Assembly (NCBI GenBank): GCA_005877855.1
Contig: VBOF01000023.1
Span: 1-38,948 of the forward strand
DNA: 38,948 bases
Reading direction: 5' to 3'
From: Nitrospirota bacterium
Lineage (GTDB): Bacteria; Nitrospirota; Nitrospiria; Nitrospirales; NS-4
The notes below the pieces were generated by a model. It was not told the DNA's origin. It was given only the letters and a program-made list of their open reading frames with translations, and searched no databases. This document shows, one piece after another, positions 36,999 through 38,948 of the stretch. The position numbers and the translations under genes are program-made. How positions within the stretch are numbered: position 1 is the first letter of the stretch; each line of letters starts with the position of its first letter.

Positions 36999-37721
36999 AT
37001 GATGGGACAGCTCATACATGGGGACCTTCCTAAGGAGCTCATGCTGCAACTGAAAGGAAAATACGCCTTGGAAGATTTCATCGAGACGGGGACCTATCAA
37101 GGCGGCACAGCCGTGTGGGCCGCGGCTCATTTCGATCGTGTGACCACTATCGAGTTTTCAAGGTCCCTCTATGAGGAGACGAAGGCCCAGCATGACGGGG
37201 CATCGAACCTAAGTTTTCTATTCGGAGATTCGCGAGAGGCCTTGCGCGCGATTGTCCCCACGCTCCAGCAACCCGCCATTTTCTGGTTGGACAGCCATTG
37301 GAGCGGCGGCCAGACCTATGGCCAGAATGACGAATGTCCGCTGCTTGAAGAAATTGAAGCAATCACCTCATCTGTGCACACACATTTTCTGTTCATCGAT
37401 GACGCACGGTTGTTTGCCGCCCCGCCGCCTCGGCCGCATCGAATAGACCAGTGGCCGACGATTGATGAAGTCATTGGCGCGCTCACCTCTACAAGTCACA
37501 GATATTACATCGTTATCATTGAGGATGTAATTGTGGCCGTCCCTGAACACGCGCGGGCCCTTGTCGCTAGCTATTGTCAAGAGGTGAATACAAGAGCCTG
37601 GCAAGAGTTTGGGAGAAACCGAGAAAAAGGCGTGAAAAGAAACGGATTGCAAAGAATGATGCAAAGGCTCGGTGCATTGGCTTATGGCTTGCGCATGCCG
37701 TTCAAGCGCTTTCGGTTCTGA
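36999..37721 (+). CDS. Class I methyltransferase-fold protein (Methyltransf_24/CmcI-like)
   Basis: FIETGTYQGGTAVWAA, TTIEFS, FLFGDS, IFWLDSHW and FLFIDDARLF resemble macrocin/CmcI-type sugar O-methyltransferase folds. Confidence 0.45.
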   Translation: MMGQLIHGDLPKELMLQLKGKYALEDFIETGTYQGGTAVWAAAHFDRVTTIEFSRSLYEETKAQHDGASNLSFLFGDSREALRAIVPTLQQPAIFWLDSHWSGGQTYGQNDECPLLEEIEAITSSVHTHFLFIDDARLFAAPPPRPHRIDQWPTIDEVIGALTSTSHRYYIVIIEDVIVAVPEHARALVASYCQEVNTRAWQEFGRNREKGVKRNGLQRMMQRLGALAYGLRMPFKRFRF

Positions 37722-37745
37722 GAGTCCGACGAGCATGAGAAGGCG

Positions 37746-38948
37746 ATGATCCCCCTTCATCCGGTAACAGACGTCGATCACGCGTGCCCCCATTGTCACG
37801 TCCGGTTGGGGGTGAAAGGCTGGTATATCCCTGGGATGCGCAACCTGGCGGAACTGGCATGCTCGCAGTGTGGGCGAGAGTTTTATGGCGATTTGCCTGC
37901 CGGTCATGGTCTGCACTATCCAATGCTCCTGGAGAAGGCCACCGGGGTGGTACATGATCGAGTCTCGGTGCCGTGGTTCTCAGAGTGGCTGTACGCGTCC
38001 TACACCCAAAGGCGAAGCGAGCCACTCAGCCTGCACGTGGAAGAATACAAGCCAGTCCGACGCGCCGTGCTCCTGAACTGCTTGGATTTCCGCTATGGAC
38101 ATTGCTTGCTGAAGTTGCTCAACGCACAACACTACCTGGATCGCAGGCCTGATCTCGGACTGATTGTTCTGGTGCCACGCTACTTGCGGTGGTTGGTGCC
38201 CGAGGGCGTCGCCTCGATCTGGACGGTGGATCTGCCTCTCAGCAGGGGGATCGAGTGGAACGACTGGCTAGGCCAGGAGATCCATCGCCGAATAGAGGAA
38301 CTGGAGGAGTGCTATTTGAGCGTGGCTTTCTCGCATCCGCACCCGGACGACGTTGCCATCGAGAAGTTTACACGTGTCACGCCTTTCCCAGTGCACGAAT
38401 GGGAAGAACGCCTGTATAGGCCGACGGTCACATTCATCTGGCGAGGCGACCGTCTCTGGATCGGCGCGCCTTCTGACGGAATTCCCGAAGGAGAGATAGG
38501 GAGCTCTTCATGCGCCACTCTTGAGCAATCTCTGAAAATCGTCACACTTGCAACCCGTTTGAGAAAACGATTACCGGGTCTCGATTTTGCGGTTGCTGGG
38601 TTGGGGAAGCCAGGAGGGCTGCCAGAGTGGATTCTCGACTTGCGTATGACGACCCCTGACGAGGAGGCGGAACGTAGATTATGCCAACGATACGCGCGCA
38701 GTCATGTGATCATGGGCGTCCACGGCTCAAGCATGCTGCTCCCGTCTGCTCACGCAGGAGCCGTCATCGAGCTGATGCCAGAGGAAAGGTGGGGCAACGC
38801 ATTGCAGGACCTTCTTTTGCGCAAGGGCGATCTGCGGGAGGCACTTTTCCGTTGCCGCGTTTTACCACTCACCCTTTCGGTCGATGCGCTTTGCAATGTC
38901 GTGGTGTCGCTGTTGGACAAATGGACGGGGATGTTGCTGCATATGCAA
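37746..38948 (+). CDS. Hypothetical protein, 3' end beyond the window: N-terminal Zn ribbon plus a GT61/DUF563-like C-terminal motif
   Basis: Not in the supplied ORF track because no stop is reached. My own translation from ATG 37746 is open for 401 codons to the window end. It reads MIPLHPVTDVDHACPHCHVRL...CSQCGREFYGD (CxxC...CxxC), and later HVIMGVHGSSMLLPSAHAGAVIELMPEERW resembles the GxHGAxLxN...viEl motif of family 61 glycosyltransferases. Confidence 0.6.
   Translation, partial: MIPLHPVTDVDHACPHCHVRLGVKGWYIPGMRNLAELACSQCGREFYGDLPAGHGLHYPMLLEKATGVVHDRVSVPWFSEWLYASYTQRRSEPLSLHVEEYKPVRRAVLLNCLDFRYGHCLLKLLNAQHYLDRRPDLGLIVLVPRYLRWLVPEGVASIWTVDLPLSRGIEWNDWLGQEIHRRIEELEECYLSVAFSHPHPDDVAIEKFTRVTPFPVHEWEERLYRPTVTFIWRGDRLWIGAPSDGIPEGEIGSSSCATLEQSLKIVTLATRLRKRLPGLDFAVAGLGKPGGLPEWILDLRMTTPDEEAERRLCQRYARSHVIMGVHGSSMLLPSAHAGAVIELMPEERWGNALQDLLLRKGDLREALFRCRVLPLTLSVDALCNVVVSLLDKWTGMLLHMQ

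Overview
High-GC bacterial chromosomal window with no rRNA, tRNA, CRISPR array or transposase/integrase. My guess at lineage (Nitrospirota, NC10 or deltaproteobacteria-like) is not verifiable from sequence alone. The first ~23 kb is housekeeping: trpC (5' partial), a PilZ protein, an SDR-bioD pair with bioD split by a frameshift, bioF, a class V aminotransferase-serA pair, hisZ, dnaB and a large TPR protein. This housekeeping block is interrupted by a minus-strand operon of a SAM methyltransferase plus three tandem ~2.39 kb paralogs of a YfhO-like GT-C membrane protein. These paralogs are coupled by ATGA overlaps, and the promoter-proximal copy is disrupted. Nearby lie a membrane-anchored TPR protein, a fourth GT-C (GT39/ArnT-like) protein and an MltD-like lytic transglycosylase. 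From ~23.9 kb to the window end there is a ~15 kb same-strand, visibly less GC-rich block. It begins with a sigma54-type promoter and two type IV pilin paralogs that both end in a C-terminal Ser. These are followed by an O-antigen-ligase-family/TPR fusion, an ABC module (unknown protein, ATPase, ABC-2 permease) in the Myxococcus pilG-pilH-pilI order, and a methyltransferase. Next come a methyltransferase fused to a polyprenol-phosphate-type GT2, a CgeB-like glycosyltransferase, Wzm/Wzt with a C-terminal glycan-binding domain, and three more methyltransferase-like genes. The block ends in a 3'-open ORF missing from the ORF track (Zn ribbon plus a GT61-like motif). The most interesting hypothesis is a pilin O-glycosylation/export system wired to a methylated-glycan pathway. 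The second is the triplicated YfhO-like array.
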